64,000 bases of DNA. Origin: Chthoniobacterales bacterium. Its GTDB lineage: Bacteria > Verrucomicrobiota > Verrucomicrobiia > Chthoniobacterales > Chthoniobacteraceae. Below are positions 10,315 to 20,769 of the stretch, piece after piece; position 1 is the stretch's first letter, and every line of letters begins with the position of its first letter. The translations under genes and the position numbers were made by a program. The stretch is from positions 1 to 64,000 of the forward strand of contig JBBQZX010000009.1 in NCBI GenBank assembly GCA_038207335.1. Direction: 5' to 3'. Under the pieces are notes generated by a model. It was not told the DNA's origin and searched no databases. It was given only the letters and a program-made list of their open reading frames with translations.

Positions 10315-11738
10315 CCCCCGAAACCCCCGTCCCCACCCCCGTCCCAGTCCCCGAACGCGTCCCCATGCGCGCCAAACTCGCCTGGGCCCTCGGCTCCCTC
10401 GGCGACAACTACGCCTCCCAGGGCCTCGTCCAGCTCAAAGACCCCGTTTACAACATCGCCCTCGGCGTCCCCGCCAATCTCCTCGGCCTCGCCTTCTCCG
10501 TCCCCCGCATCATCGACGCCTTCGTCGATCCCACCATCGGCTACCTCTCCGACAACTCCAAAAGCCCCTGGGGTCGCCGCCGTCCCTTCATCCTCGCAGG
10601 AGCCATCCCCCTCGCCATCCTCTCCTGCCTCCTCTGGCTCCCCGGCGCAGGGTGGAGCCAGCAGGCCCTCCTCATCTACTTCACCGTCGCCACCGCCCTC
10701 TACTTCCTCGCCTACTCCCTCTTCATCGTCCCGTATCGCGCCCTCGGCTTCGAGCTCACCACCGACTACCACGAGCGCACCCGCGTCCAGGGTTGGGGCA
10801 TGATCCTCGGCCTCCTCGGCGGCCTCGGCATCCCCTGGCTCTACAAGCTCGCCCTCCTCTTCGGCGGCGCCGATCCCCACGCCCTCACCGTCGCGCCGGA
10901 GGTCATGATGCGCGGCGTCCGCTGGGTCGGCCTCATCGTCGGCGGCATCATCCTCGTCGCCTGCTCCGCGCCCGCCCTCCTCTGTCGTGAAAAGCCCATC
11001 GAGCAGGCAGGCGAAAAGATCAGCGTGAAGGCCGCAGTCCTCGAGACCCTGCGCAACCGCCCCTTCTTCATCATGCTCTTCGCCCGCAGCGTCGTCCTCA
11101 TCGGCACCTTCGCCGTCGCCGCCCTCTTCACCCCCCTCGGCATCTACTACCTCTTCGGCGGGAACCAATCCGCCTTCTCCACCCTCGCCGGCTTCGCTGG
11201 CAATGTCCTCTTCGCGGGCGCCCTCATCGGCATCCCCTTCAACACCTGGATGTCCGGCAGGATCGGCAAACGCCACGCCTTCATCGCCTGCCTCTGCACC
11301 GCCATCGTCGGCGTCCTCTCCCAGCTCCTCACCCTTCGCCCCGAGCACCCCTACTGGCTCCTCCCCTCGAATTTCATCCTCGGCTTCGGCCTCCAGGGCG
11401 TCTGGCTCATGTGCCAGACCATGAACGCCGACGTCTGCGACGAAGACGAACTCCGCACCGGCCGCCGCCGCGAAGGCATCTACGGCGCCACCTACGCCCT
11501 CATGGAGAAGATCGGCATCGGCCTCGGCTTCGCGGCTGGTGGATACCTCGCCGCCGCCTGCGGATACCTCACCGGCGTCCCTGCGCCCGTTGTTCTGGAA
11601 AAATTGCGCCTCGCTCTCATCTGGACCCCCGCCATCGGCATGGCGCTCGGCATCCTCCTCATCTGGCGCTACCCGCTGACCCACGCCCGCATGAATGCCA
11701 TCCGTGCCTCCCTCGACGCCCGGAAAGCCCGGCCATAA
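10311..11738 (+). CDS. MFS glycoside-pentoside-hexuronide (MelB-like) sugar transporter
   Basis: ATGA overlap with the GH78 stop; DAFVDPTIGYLSD, WGRRRPF, ELTTDYHER, ADVCDEDELRTGRRREG. Confidence 0.9.
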   Translation: MTPETPVPTPVPVPERVPMRAKLAWALGSLGDNYASQGLVQLKDPVYNIALGVPANLLGLAFSVPRIIDAFVDPTIGYLSDNSKSPWGRRRPFILAGAIPLAILSCLLWLPGAGWSQQALLIYFTVATALYFLAYSLFIVPYRALGFELTTDYHERTRVQGWGMILGLLGGLGIPWLYKLALLFGGADPHALTVAPEVMMRGVRWVGLIVGGIILVACSAPALLCREKPIEQAGEKISVKAAVLETLRNRPFFIMLFARSVVLIGTFAVAALFTPLGIYYLFGGNQSAFSTLAGFAGNVLFAGALIGIPFNTWMSGRIGKRHAFIACLCTAIVGVLSQLLTLRPEHPYWLLPSNFILGFGLQGVWLMCQTMNADVCDEDELRTGRRREGIYGATYALMEKIGIGLGFAAGGYLAAACGYLTGVPAPVVLEKLRLALIWTPAIGMALGILLIWRYPLTHARMNAIRASLDARKARP

Positions 11739-11837
11739 AGTGGTCCCGGCAAAAAACAGAGATGGCAGGGCGGCGCAACGCAGTTGCCGGCTTTAGCAGG
11801 TCTCGGATGGGCGATTGGATTGAGTGGGGTTGGCGGG

Positions 11838-12048
11838 GAACGCCAGCGGCGTTGAATCCGACAGGCGAGGATTGCGCGCCGCGCGCAACCCTGGGGATAG
11901 GGACAAAGAAAGGGGCCAACCCTGAAGGGGTTGTATCGGTTTACAGCAGTATGCAACCCTTTCAGGGTAGGGCGCTCGCTTGAACGAAATCCCAGGGTAG
12001 CGCGGCACGCGCAACCCTGGGCTGTATGATTTAACGCCGTTGGCGTTC
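11838..12048. repeat. Composite nested REP-like palindromic element
   Basis: Outer IR gaacgccagcggcgttgaatc/gatttaacgccgttggcgttc; inner IRs gcgcaaccctggg/cccagggtagcgc and aaccctgaaggggttg/caaccctttcagggt. Confidence 0.75.
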
Positions 12049-12239
12049 GGAGCGGCACTTGAGGGGGGGATTCGATGCGGTTGGCTTTGGGAGGTTGGAT
12101 TGGGGTTTCGGATTCGGCTCTGACGCCCTGGGGAGCGATTGGGCGGGGTGACGAAAAAAATGGATTACTCTGGAGTGGGCAAAAAGCCACAACGGAGAAG
12201 GTTTTATGGCTCAGAGGAAGTGTAGAATCCTTTCCATAT

Positions 12240-12365
12240 TCTCCGAATGACGTTTCCGGTCGCCGGAAGGCCATTCGGATTTCTCCGAACGAGGTTTCCG
12301 GTCTCCCGAAGTGCACTCCGAGTTTTCGGGGTGAGTTTCCGGAACGCCGGATGGACGTTCGGTTT
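12240..12365. repeat. Degenerate 21-bp-period tandem array (6 units, ABAB 42-bp higher order)
   Basis: Units: tctccgaatgacgtttccggt / cgccggaaggccattcggatt / tctccgaacgaggtttccggt / ctcccgaagtgcactccgagt / tttcggggtgagtttccggaa / cgccggatggacgttcggttt. Confidence 0.7.
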
Positions 12366-12478
12366 TTTCGATGGTCGGCGTTTGAGCGTGGAAGGAGCGG
12401 TGCCCCGCAGAGAGGTCCACTTTTGCGCGATTGCGCGCTCCTCCGCCTGAATGGAGCCGACCTGCCGACCGACCGCTC

Positions 12479-15400
12479 CTAAGAACGGCGGCGGCGGAGG
12501 CCGAGGAGGATGCCGGCGCCGCCCAGGATGCTGAGGAGGGTGCTGGGCTCGGGGACGGCGGTGAGGGTGACGTCGTTGCCGTTGCCGCCGATGTAGGAGA
12601 TGACGAACTCGGTGCCGCTCGCGAAGAGGTGGTCGGCTTCGTTGAGCGTGCCCTGGCCGACGTAGGTGAAGAGGCCGCTCGTGGCGCCGGCGCTCGTGTT
12701 ATTCACGACGAGGAAGCTGGTGCTCGGGGCGGGGGTGTAGCCGAGGGCGAGCGTGAGATTTACGGTGCCGGTGAGGGAGACGCCGTTGGCGGCAAGATTG
12801 TCGAAGGCGGCTGCACCGTTGATCTCGAGGGCGAGCGTGGAGCCGGTGTTGAAGGCGGTCGCGCCGGTGACGGTGAGGGTGCCGGTCGTGTCGCCGGGGG
12901 CGACGGTGCCGCTGACCGCGAGGCTGCCGGTGACGCTGCCGCTGCCCTTCAAGGTCTGCGCCTGCGCGAGCGGGAAGCCGCCGCCAATCGCACTGGTATC
13001 GAAGGTCGCCCCATTCTGGACGGCGATGTTTTTCGACCCGCTGATCGCGCCGCCGACGAGGACGGCAAGGCTGCCCTGCGCGACGTTGGTGTCGCCGAGG
13101 TATCCGTTGGCGGCGCCGAGTTCGAGGCGTCCGACGCCGGTTTTCACGATGGCGATGGCGCGGTCGATGGTGCCGTTGTAGGTGAAGTCGGCGGTGTTGG
13201 CGACGGTGAGGGTGTTGTCGGTGACGCCGCTATTGATGATGCGACCGCTGCTGCCGACGCTGACGCCGGTAATGCCGGGAGCACCGGTGAGGGTGCCGAG
13301 GCCGGCGACGGTCTGGTTGCTGCCGTAGAGGTCGAAGGTGCCGCCGAGCCGGGTGGTGAGGACTTTTCCGATCGGAAGGGCGTTATCGGCGGCGATGCGG
13401 AGGACGCCCATGTCCACGGAAGTGTTGCCGTAGTCATTCGCGATGCCTGCCGCCGGGGCGAGCGTCACGGTGTCGAGACCGGTCTTGGTCAGGTTGCCCG
13501 CGCCGGTGATTTTACCCTCGATCCGAAGATACGCGCCGGTGTAGGTGTCGCCAAAAGGCTGCGCCACTGTCGGCGAGCGGCCCGCTTCGTAGGTGAGGCC
13601 GTTGAGGATATTTTGCCCGACGAGCGAGTCGGTGGCGAGATTCAGCGTGACCGCCGAGCCGACGGTGCGTTGGTCGGCCTGCGCGACGTGGTCGGTGTAA
13701 AGAAAGCCTTCCAGTGAGCCGCCCTGCAGCGTGATGGTGCGGGCCGCCGCGCCGACGAGGTTGGTGTTGAGCTGGAGGTTCACGCCGGTGGGGACGGTGT
13801 AGTTGCCCGAGCCGCGCGCGTTTTCGATGTTCCAGCGCTCGATGGAGCCGGCCTGCTGCGTGAGCGTCCCGGCGGGGGCGAAATTCGCCGAGCCGATTTC
13901 CAGCGCTGCGTTGCGCTCGATGTTGGTCGTCGTCGTCGCGCTGCCGAGCGAGCCGGAATCGAGCACGCGCAAGGTGCCAGCGGCGACATTGATCGAGCCG
14001 CCGGTAAAGGTCGCCGAGTTGTTGCCCGTGAGTTCCAGCGTGCGGTTGCCGATTTTGTTGAGCCGCACGCCCGTGCCGACGAGAGAGCCGACCGCGGCGT
14101 TGGTCGAGTAGCCGGTGCTCAAGGTATTGGTGGCGTCATACACGCGGGCCGTCGTGTCAGAGTTGAGCGTCAGCGTCGGGATGATTGCGCGGAAGCGATT
14201 CGAGCGGATGTCGAGCGTGAGCGCGACACTCGAGCCGGCACCGGTGCTTTCCGCGGTGACGTTCGGGATCTGCGTCTGGCGATCATTGTTGGCGATGATG
14301 GAGATGTCGCCTTCGTTGACCACCTTGACCGGGCCGCCGCTAAAGGTGAGGAGCTCGGCCGTGCCGTTGTCGCGCTGGAAGACGACGCGCGAACGGGTGA
14401 GAGCTTGCGAGATCAGGCCGGTAGTGGTCGGCGTGGCGTTGACGGTGATCCCGTTGCCCGCGACTGACTGTCCCGCCGCGCCGGCATCGTTGAAGATGAG
14501 GTCGCCCGAGTTTAACACCCATCCGCCCGCGAAGTTCGCCTGCGGAACGTTGACGATGAGCTGCCCGTTTCCGCTCTTTACCACGCCGTTCGCGGTGATC
14601 GAGCCATTCACGGTGAGGTTCGCCGTCGTGTAGATTTTTGCCTCCACGTTGTTCGTCCCGTCGTTGAAGACGAGGTTTGGCGCGATGGTCACGGTCCCGG
14701 TGTTGATCAAGCCGCCGCTGAGGATCGTCAGTTGCCCGCCGGCCCCGCTGGCGTTGATGTTCTGGCTGGTGCGCAGGGCATAGACCGTCGGGTTATCCGT
14801 CAGCGTGAGCGCCGCGGCGACGACGTCCACTTTATCCGTCTTGAGGAGGCTGCCCGCCGTGTAGGTGGCGTTCAGCGTCTTGTCGTAGCCGGAGATGTTG
14901 GCAAAGCCGTTCGCGCCGTAGGTCAGGAAAGTGTTGTCGGTGATGTTGACGATTTTCGGATCCACCATGCCATTCGTGACGGCGGGGCCGGCTGCGGTGA
15001 CGAGGATCTTGTCCGTCCCGCCGAAGGTGCCCGTCGCGGAACTCTGGAGCAGAAGCTGGCTGCCTTTCGCCGTGCCCGCCGTGAGTGAGGCCAGCGTGAG
15101 CGTCGCGCTGCCGGTGCCGTTCTTGATGACCCGGAGGCGACCACCCGCGCCGTAGGTGACGTCGCCCAGCGTCTCCGTCGTGGCGTTGTTGCTATTGCCC
15201 ACGAGTTCGATGGCCGCGCCGTTCAGGCTGATCGCCTGCCCATCCGCGATGCGGTTTGTCACGTTCAACGTACCCATGGTTACAGACGCACCGGCGTTGT
15301 TGTCGAGGTGCAGATACGAGCCCGGGTGAAGGGTGAGGACGTTTGTCGCCGTGCCACCATTTTGCAGCGTCGCGCCGGACGCCAGTGAGAGCAGGCCGAA

Positions 15401-18400
15401 GACATCCACAGCGCCGGAAGAGAAGGCTGACTTGCCGGTGCCGGCGTTGGGGGCGGTGCCCGCGCGGGCGATCATGCCGCGATGGATCACGGTATCGCCG
15501 GTGAAGTCCTGCGTGCCGCCGATCACGTATTGGTAGTTCGTGCCGTTCGTGCCGAGGATGTTGCCAGAGTCGAAACCGAGCCGGACGCTGTTATTGCCGG
15601 TCAGCACGTTGCTGCGCGGGGTGCCGTTTACGTCCGAGATGGAGATATACATGGACGTGCCGCCGCCGCCGAGGCGGTAGAGATTGTCCGCGCCCGCGCC
15701 CAGCGTCGCTGCCGTGTAACGCGGATCATAGACGCCCTGCGGGATGCCGCCGAGCGACCAGTGCCCGCCGTAGAGCGCGCCCAGATCGATGGGGTTGTTG
15801 TAAACCGTGGCGCCGTTGCTCAGGCCTACGATGCCAGTTTCGTTCGCGCTAAACTCCACGTCAGCGCCGACCGGATGCGTGACGCCGTTCACGTTCACGC
15901 TCACCATCGCGAGGTAGGAGGAATTGGAATGAAGGACGAGCTTTTGTCCAGCGTTGAGATTGTTGTTCGCGTTGAAGTCGATCGTCGCCCCGGGATTCAA
16001 CGTCACCGTGCCGGTGCCTGCCGTCCCCGCCGCACGCAAGCGCACGTAGCCTTGGTTCACGAAGAGGCCGCCGTCGAAAGTGTTGTTCGCATTGACGAGA
16101 TGCAGATGGCCGCCGCCGGTTTTGATGAGCGAGCCGCCTGAAACATTGCTGCCCGACAAAAAGCGCAGGGATTGCTCGACGTTGCTGCCGTTGCCGAGAT
16201 TCGCGTTGATGAAGCCGTTGCCGTTGATCTGCGCGCCTGCGAAATCCAGCCCGAACGTGTTGCCGTTGCTTACGGTCAGCGTCGCGTCGTTGTTCAGCGT
16301 CAGCTTGCCGAGGCCGAGTTGGAGCGTGGCGTTGGCACCCACTCGATCGACGGAAATCGTCGAGTTGCCGTTCACCGTCGTCGGGTAAGGCGTGCCCGCC
16401 ACGCCGAAGACGCCCGCCGTGTCGCGCCGGAGGTTGAGCGTGCCGGCGTTGAGCACCAGCGAAGTCGTCGCCCCGGTGCCCACGGCACCGAGAGAGCGAA
16501 GGTCGAGCGTGCCGGCATTCAACGTCACCTGCGTCCCTGCCGCCGCCGTGCCGTTCACCGCCGTGTTGTCGTTGCCGATCAGCAGTGTGCCGCCGCCCGC
16601 TTTCGTGAAGACCGGATTCGTGCCGGAGATCGTCGGCGCGTTGTTCAGCCGCACGGTCACCGCATTGTTGATCGTCGTATTCCCGACGAGCGTGTTCACC
16701 GCATTATCGCCAAACTGCACGCCGTAGTTGGCGCCGGAGAGGGAGAGCGTCTGCCCTTGCGCGCCCGCCGAGCCGGGTAGTTGCAGACCGGTGCTGCCGG
16801 CGGTCGCGGGGTTGAAAATGTAAGTGCCGCTGCTGGCGATATCCGCGCCGGAGCGATTCACGTCGAGCGTGGCGATCGGGACGTTTTGCGCGACCGACAG
16901 GCCGTTTTCCAAGGTCTGGTTAATCGTCCCGGTCACCGCCGTGTTATTCGAGCGCAGGTTGAGCTGCCCGCCCGCCAGCGTGATCAGCCCTTTGCCGAGC
17001 GTGTCATACGTGCTCGTCGTCGTCGGGCCGAAGGACTGCACCGTGCCTTGGTTGAGATAGACATTGCCCGAGAGCCCCGCGGCGCTGTTGGCGAAAAGGT
17101 TCAGGGTGCCGGCACCGAACTTCGTCAATCCGTCCGCCGTAACCGTGCCGGTTAGGTTTGCCGTGTAGGCGTTGCGGGTGTTGATAACTGCTTCGATGTT
17201 AGTAGTGCCATCGTTGGCGACGAGGTTTGGCGCGAAGTTCACCGTGCGAGTGCCGTCCGTGGAGTAGCGTCCCGTGAGGTTGTCGCCTGAGAAGATCAGG
17301 CCGCCGCTGCGCAGTGTGATCGTCGTGTTCGCGCCGGCAGTGGTGAGACCGCTCGTGCCGACGCCGCCGCCGACCTTGAGAGCGTAGATGATCGGGTTGT
17401 CGTTGAGCGCCAGCGTCGTGTTCGTGGCTGCGAAATCCACTTGATAGATGCCCGTAGCGGACAAGCCCGCGGTGAAAGCCGTAGTCAGCACGCCGGTGTA
17501 GGCTGCGTTGTTGATCCCGTTGGCGTCGAAGGTCGCGAAGTTCGTCAACGTCGTCACGTCGAGCGTGTTGATACTCGGCGTCACCATCCCGTTCGTCACC
17601 GTCGGAGCCGTCCCGGCCAGCAGTTTGACCGTCGAGCCGAAGCCTGACGAGCCGGCGCGGGTCACTTCGAGCGTCCCTCCGTTCACCCGCGTGATACTCG
17701 GAGTCTGGAGCTGAACGATCTGCGCCACGCCGATGTTGTTGCGCTGGAGCGAGATGGTGTTGCCGCCCGTATAGGAAATCGCGCCGACGGTTTCGTTCGT
17801 CGTTGAGTTGTTGTTGCGGGCGTCGAGCTGCAGCGTCGAGTTGTTCAGACCGATCGCCGCATTGTCGTCCCAGCGATCCGTGTCGGTCGCCGTGGTCAGC
17901 GCCGACGAGTCGAAGCGCAGCGTGGAGCCGCCAAATAAGGCCACCGCGAGCTGCGTCCCGCCACTGATGAGCGTGCCGCTCGCACCTTCCGCCGTGAGAT
18001 TACCGAAAACGCTGATCGCCCCGCTGCCGAGCGAGGCGTTTTGGATGCGCAGCGTCGCCCCACGGTTCACGGCGGTGCCGCCGGTGTAGTCATTCGCCCC
18101 GGTCAGGATCGTGATGCCGGTTTCCGCAGTGTTGCTTTGCGTCTGGCGGAAGCCGCCGTTGATCAAGTCGGAGCCGACCTCCAGCCCGGCGCCACCCGTC
18201 ACGCGGTTCGTGCCGGAAAGCGTCAGGGTAGCCGTACCGAGGGTGCCTACGCGCACGAGGCCGCCCGCTCCCGGCGAGACCACGCCGATGATGGTGCCGT
18301 TGCCCGCGCCGGCGACGCCAGTGAGGATCCGAAATGTACCGTCGCCGATGCGGTTGAGGTCGATATTGCCGAAGGCCGACGCGCCGCCGACGCCGATCGC

Positions 18401-20536
18401 GCCACTGCCCGCCGCGCGCAAATTTGCCGGGATGGCGGTGAATTGCTCGAAATTCGCCGCCGCTTGCGTCGCCCGCTGAGAGACGAGATCAATCGTCTGC
18501 CCCGTCGCGATATTTGTCGCCGTGCGGAAGGTCACCGAGTTGTTCGGCCCGTTGAAAATCGCCCCCGTGCCGGCTGTCACCGTATTGCTCGTCACGCCAG
18601 TTCCATACATCGCGCCGATGCGCAGTTGAGCAGTGCCGACGTTGAAGAGCGCATTGAAGTCGTGAGTGCCGCCGATGAAGCCCCACGAGTTGCCGCCGGT
18701 GTGAAGCAGCGAGTTCTTGTTTGCCGAGGTGGTATCGCCCGAGAAAGTGAAATCGCCGACGTTCAGAACCGTGTCGTTGTTCAGCGTCGTCCCGGCGAGC
18801 ATCAGCCGGTAGGCGTTCGTCTGCGTCACCGTCAGTTGATTCTGACCGATGCTCCAGCCGTTTGCCGCCGAGGAAGGCTGGAAGAGGATCGACGCGGAAA
18901 GGTTCTTGTCCGTGTTGGCTGATATGCGGTCGAGATTGATGCCGCTCGGTGCGCGGTCCACGCTGATTGTTTTACCGATTGAAAAGACCTCGTTGGTCGT
19001 CGCCGAGCCGTCCACGCGGATATTCAGCGTGCCGCCCATCAGATTCACCGTCGCACCCGTGCCGAGCGGCGTGCCCGTGAGCGGGGTGGGCGCGCTCGGG
19101 GTGCCGCCGGAAAACGCAGTCGTGTAGGTTCCCTGCAAGTTGCCGGCGTAGATCGCGACCGGCGCGCTGAAGGAGTTTGCCTGGTTGGAGAAGACCACCG
19201 TGTTGCCGCCGCGCTTGGCGATCTCGGTGCCGGTAAAGGCCGCCTGCGTGATGCCTGCCGTCGGGGCCGTGAGTAAGCTGGTCGAGATGAGCCCCGAAAA
19301 GGTCATCGCCTGGGCAGTCGAGACGAAATTCGGGTTTTGCGCGCCCTGAATGCTGACCGGCGAGGCGACCGTCTCCGCCGCAGAGGAGCTGTAAATATCG
19401 CCCAACGCACCGCCATTAACGATGATCGGCCGCGTGATGTTCGCCGCGCCGACCGAATAGAACGAAAGCTTCCCGCTGGGATTGACTTGGATCGCGCCGC
19501 CCGACCCATCCGCCGCGCCGGCCAAGAGCGTCCCGCCTTCTATCCCGAGTTGTCCCTCATTCACGACGATGTTGCCGGCGGAAATATCGGCGTTGACGAT
19601 CGGCATGACGCCTCCACCGATCTTCGTCAAAGTGAATCCAGCGAGATCGAGGTGCTTCTGCCCAGCCGTCGGCGCCGCGCTCAGACGGATGTCCAGCCGA
19701 TTTGCAATGGCTGTGACGATTGAGCCCGCCGCATTGTAGGAAACCGGACCGGCCCCCACGCCAATCGTCGCGTCGGCGGTAAGCACCACTTTGCCGAGCG
19801 AGTTGGTGCCGGTGCTGAAGGTATTCACCAACGCGCCGATTCCGCCGACGCCGGTGCCCGCGATGCGGATTTCTTCGCCCGGGGTCGCCGGAGCGGGAGC
19901 ATTGGCGATCTGAAAACCGGCAATGTTTAGCGTGCCGCCGGAAAGGACCTGAGTGTAGTTGCCCGCCGCGTTCGAGCCGAGCGCGAGGGCGTTGTTTACC
20001 TGCACATACGAGCCGCTACCCACCGTGAGCACGCCAGTAAAGGTATTCGCGCCCCCGAGTACCAATTGACCCGAGCCAGCCGTAGTAAAACCTGTCGTCC
20101 CGGTGAGGACGCTATTCACCCGCGCCACGTCGCCCGCGTTCGTCACCGTGATCGTTGGCGTCGTGCCCCCGAGGGTGAGCGTGTCGCCGGCGGCATTGGA
20201 GTTAAGGGTATACCCGGAAGTGTTGAAAGTGAGGCCGTTCGCAGTGGTGGTGGCAGCGCCACGATTGAGGGTGACTGTGCCCGCCGTGCCGCCGAAGACC
20301 GCGACCGACGAGGTGTTGTTCGGCCACACGACATTATCCGTGAGAAGATCGAATCCGGTCCCATCCCAGAATGCGTTCGTGGCATTCCAGATGCCCGAGC
20401 CGCCGAGCTGCCCGTCGCCATCGGGCGTTGTGTCCCAGTAATACGATTGCGCCACGCTGGAGCTGGCGGAGGCGAGGAGGGCGGCGACACTAGTCGCCAA
20501 GATTGCACGACGGACACGGACGGCGGGGGGATTCAT
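12479..20536 (-). CDS. Giant secreted beta-strand-repeat (autotransporter-associated repeat) protein with PEP-CTERM sorting signal
   Basis: 2685 aa; signal peptide; repeated LTKxGxGxLxL...NxFTG motifs; C-terminus VPEPSTLLSILGGAGILLGLRRRRS. Confidence 0.92.
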   Translation of the reverse strand: MNPPAVRVRRAILATSVAALLASASSSVAQSYYWDTTPDGDGQLGGSGIWNATNAFWDGTGFDLLTDNVVWPNNTSSVAVFGGTAGTVTLNRGAATTTANGLTFNTSGYTLNSNAAGDTLTLGGTTPTITVTNAGDVARVNSVLTGTTGFTTAGSGQLVLGGANTFTGVLTVGSGSYVQVNNALALGSNAAGNYTQVLSGGTLNIAGFQIANAPAPATPGEEIRIAGTGVGGIGALVNTFSTGTNSLGKVVLTADATIGVGAGPVSYNAAGSIVTAIANRLDIRLSAAPTAGQKHLDLAGFTLTKIGGGVMPIVNADISAGNIVVNEGQLGIEGGTLLAGAADGSGGAIQVNPSGKLSFYSVGAANITRPIIVNGGALGDIYSSSAAETVASPVSIQGAQNPNFVSTAQAMTFSGLISTSLLTAPTAGITQAAFTGTEIAKRGGNTVVFSNQANSFSAPVAIYAGNLQGTYTTAFSGGTPSAPTPLTGTPLGTGATVNLMGGTLNIRVDGSATTNEVFSIGKTISVDRAPSGINLDRISANTDKNLSASILFQPSSAANGWSIGQNQLTVTQTNAYRLMLAGTTLNNDTVLNVGDFTFSGDTTSANKNSLLHTGGNSWGFIGGTHDFNALFNVGTAQLRIGAMYGTGVTSNTVTAGTGAIFNGPNNSVTFRTATNIATGQTIDLVSQRATQAAANFEQFTAIPANLRAAGSGAIGVGGASAFGNIDLNRIGDGTFRILTGVAGAGNGTIIGVVSPGAGGLVRVGTLGTATLTLSGTNRVTGGAGLEVGSDLINGGFRQTQSNTAETGITILTGANDYTGGTAVNRGATLRIQNASLGSGAISVFGNLTAEGASGTLISGGTQLAVALFGGSTLRFDSSALTTATDTDRWDDNAAIGLNNSTLQLDARNNNSTTNETVGAISYTGGNTISLQRNNIGVAQIVQLQTPSITRVNGGTLEVTRAGSSGFGSTVKLLAGTAPTVTNGMVTPSINTLDVTTLTNFATFDANGINNAAYTGVLTTAFTAGLSATGIYQVDFAATNTTLALNDNPIIYALKVGGGVGTSGLTTAGANTTITLRSGGLIFSGDNLTGRYSTDGTRTVNFAPNLVANDGTTNIEAVINTRNAYTANLTGTVTADGLTKFGAGTLNLFANSAAGLSGNVYLNQGTVQSFGPTTTSTYDTLGKGLITLAGGQLNLRSNNTAVTGTINQTLENGLSVAQNVPIATLDVNRSGADIASSGTYIFNPATAGSTGLQLPGSAGAQGQTLSLSGANYGVQFGDNAVNTLVGNTTINNAVTVRLNNAPTISGTNPVFTKAGGGTLLIGNDNTAVNGTAAAGTQVTLNAGTLDLRSLGAVGTGATTSLVLNAGTLNLRRDTAGVFGVAGTPYPTTVNGNSTISVDRVGANATLQLGLGKLTLNNDATLTVSNGNTFGLDFAGAQINGNGFINANLGNGSNVEQSLRFLSGSNVSGGSLIKTGGGHLHLVNANNTFDGGLFVNQGYVRLRAAGTAGTGTVTLNPGATIDFNANNNLNAGQKLVLHSNSSYLAMVSVNVNGVTHPVGADVEFSANETGIVGLSNGATVYNNPIDLGALYGGHWSLGGIPQGVYDPRYTAATLGAGADNLYRLGGGGTSMYISISDVNGTPRSNVLTGNNSVRLGFDSGNILGTNGTNYQYVIGGTQDFTGDTVIHRGMIARAGTAPNAGTGKSAFSSGAVDVFGLLSLASGATLQNGGTATNVLTLHPGSYLHLDNNAGASVTMGTLNVTNRIADGQAISLNGAAIELVGNSNNATTETLGDVTYGAGGRLRVIKNGTGSATLTLASLTAGTAKGSQLLLQSSATGTFGGTDKILVTAAGPAVTNGMVDPKIVNITDNTFLTYGANGFANISGYDKTLNATYTAGSLLKTDKVDVVAAALTLTDNPTVYALRTSQNINASGAGGQLTILSGGLINTGTVTIAPNLVFNDGTNNVEAKIYTTANLTVNGSITANGVVKSGNGQLIVNVPQANFAGGWVLNSGDLIFNDAGAAGQSVAGNGITVNATPTTTGLISQALTRSRVVFQRDNGTAELLTFSGGPVKVVNEGDISIIANNDRQTQIPNVTAESTGAGSSVALTLDIRSNRFRAIIPTLTLNSDTTARVYDATNTLSTGYSTNAAVGSLVGTGVRLNKIGNRTLELTGNNSATFTGGSINVAAGTLRVLDSGSLGSATTTTNIERNAALEIGSANFAPAGTLTQQAGSIERWNIENARGSGNYTVPTGVNLQLNTNLVGAAARTITLQGGSLEGFLYTDHVAQADQRTVGSAVTLNLATDSLVGQNILNGLTYEAGRSPTVAQPFGDTYTGAYLRIEGKITGAGNLTKTGLDTVTLAPAAGIANDYGNTSVDMGVLRIAADNALPIGKVLTTRLGGTFDLYGSNQTVAGLGTLTGAPGITGVSVGSSGRIINSGVTDNTLTVANTADFTYNGTIDRAIAIVKTGVGRLELGAANGYLGDTNVAQGSLAVLVGGAISGSKNIAVQNGATFDTSAIGGGFPLAQAQTLKGSGSVTGSLAVSGTVAPGDTTGTLTVTGATAFNTGSTLALEINGAAAFDNLAANGVSLTGTVNLTLALGYTPAPSTSFLVVNNTSAGATSGLFTYVGQGTLNEADHLFASGTEFVISYIGGNGNDVTLTAVPEPSTLLSILGGAGILLGLRRRRS

Positions 20537-20769
20537 AGAGATGTGGGCGGGTTAAGGGGGGCCACTCTGGATCCCGTTCCTTTCGCGTCAAATGAACTTT
20601 GCAAAACGGTAAGAGATAATTCGGGTGATCCGTAAACCCCACAATTTTCAGCCAAGACGGCGGGCAGCGTGCGGACGCCCGTTTCCTCGCCTCTGCCGTC
20701 TCACCCGTCCCTTCCGTGGACACTTCCGCCTTTACAGCGCGCGCGGCTTCCCGAAAGTCCCCGCCCCGC

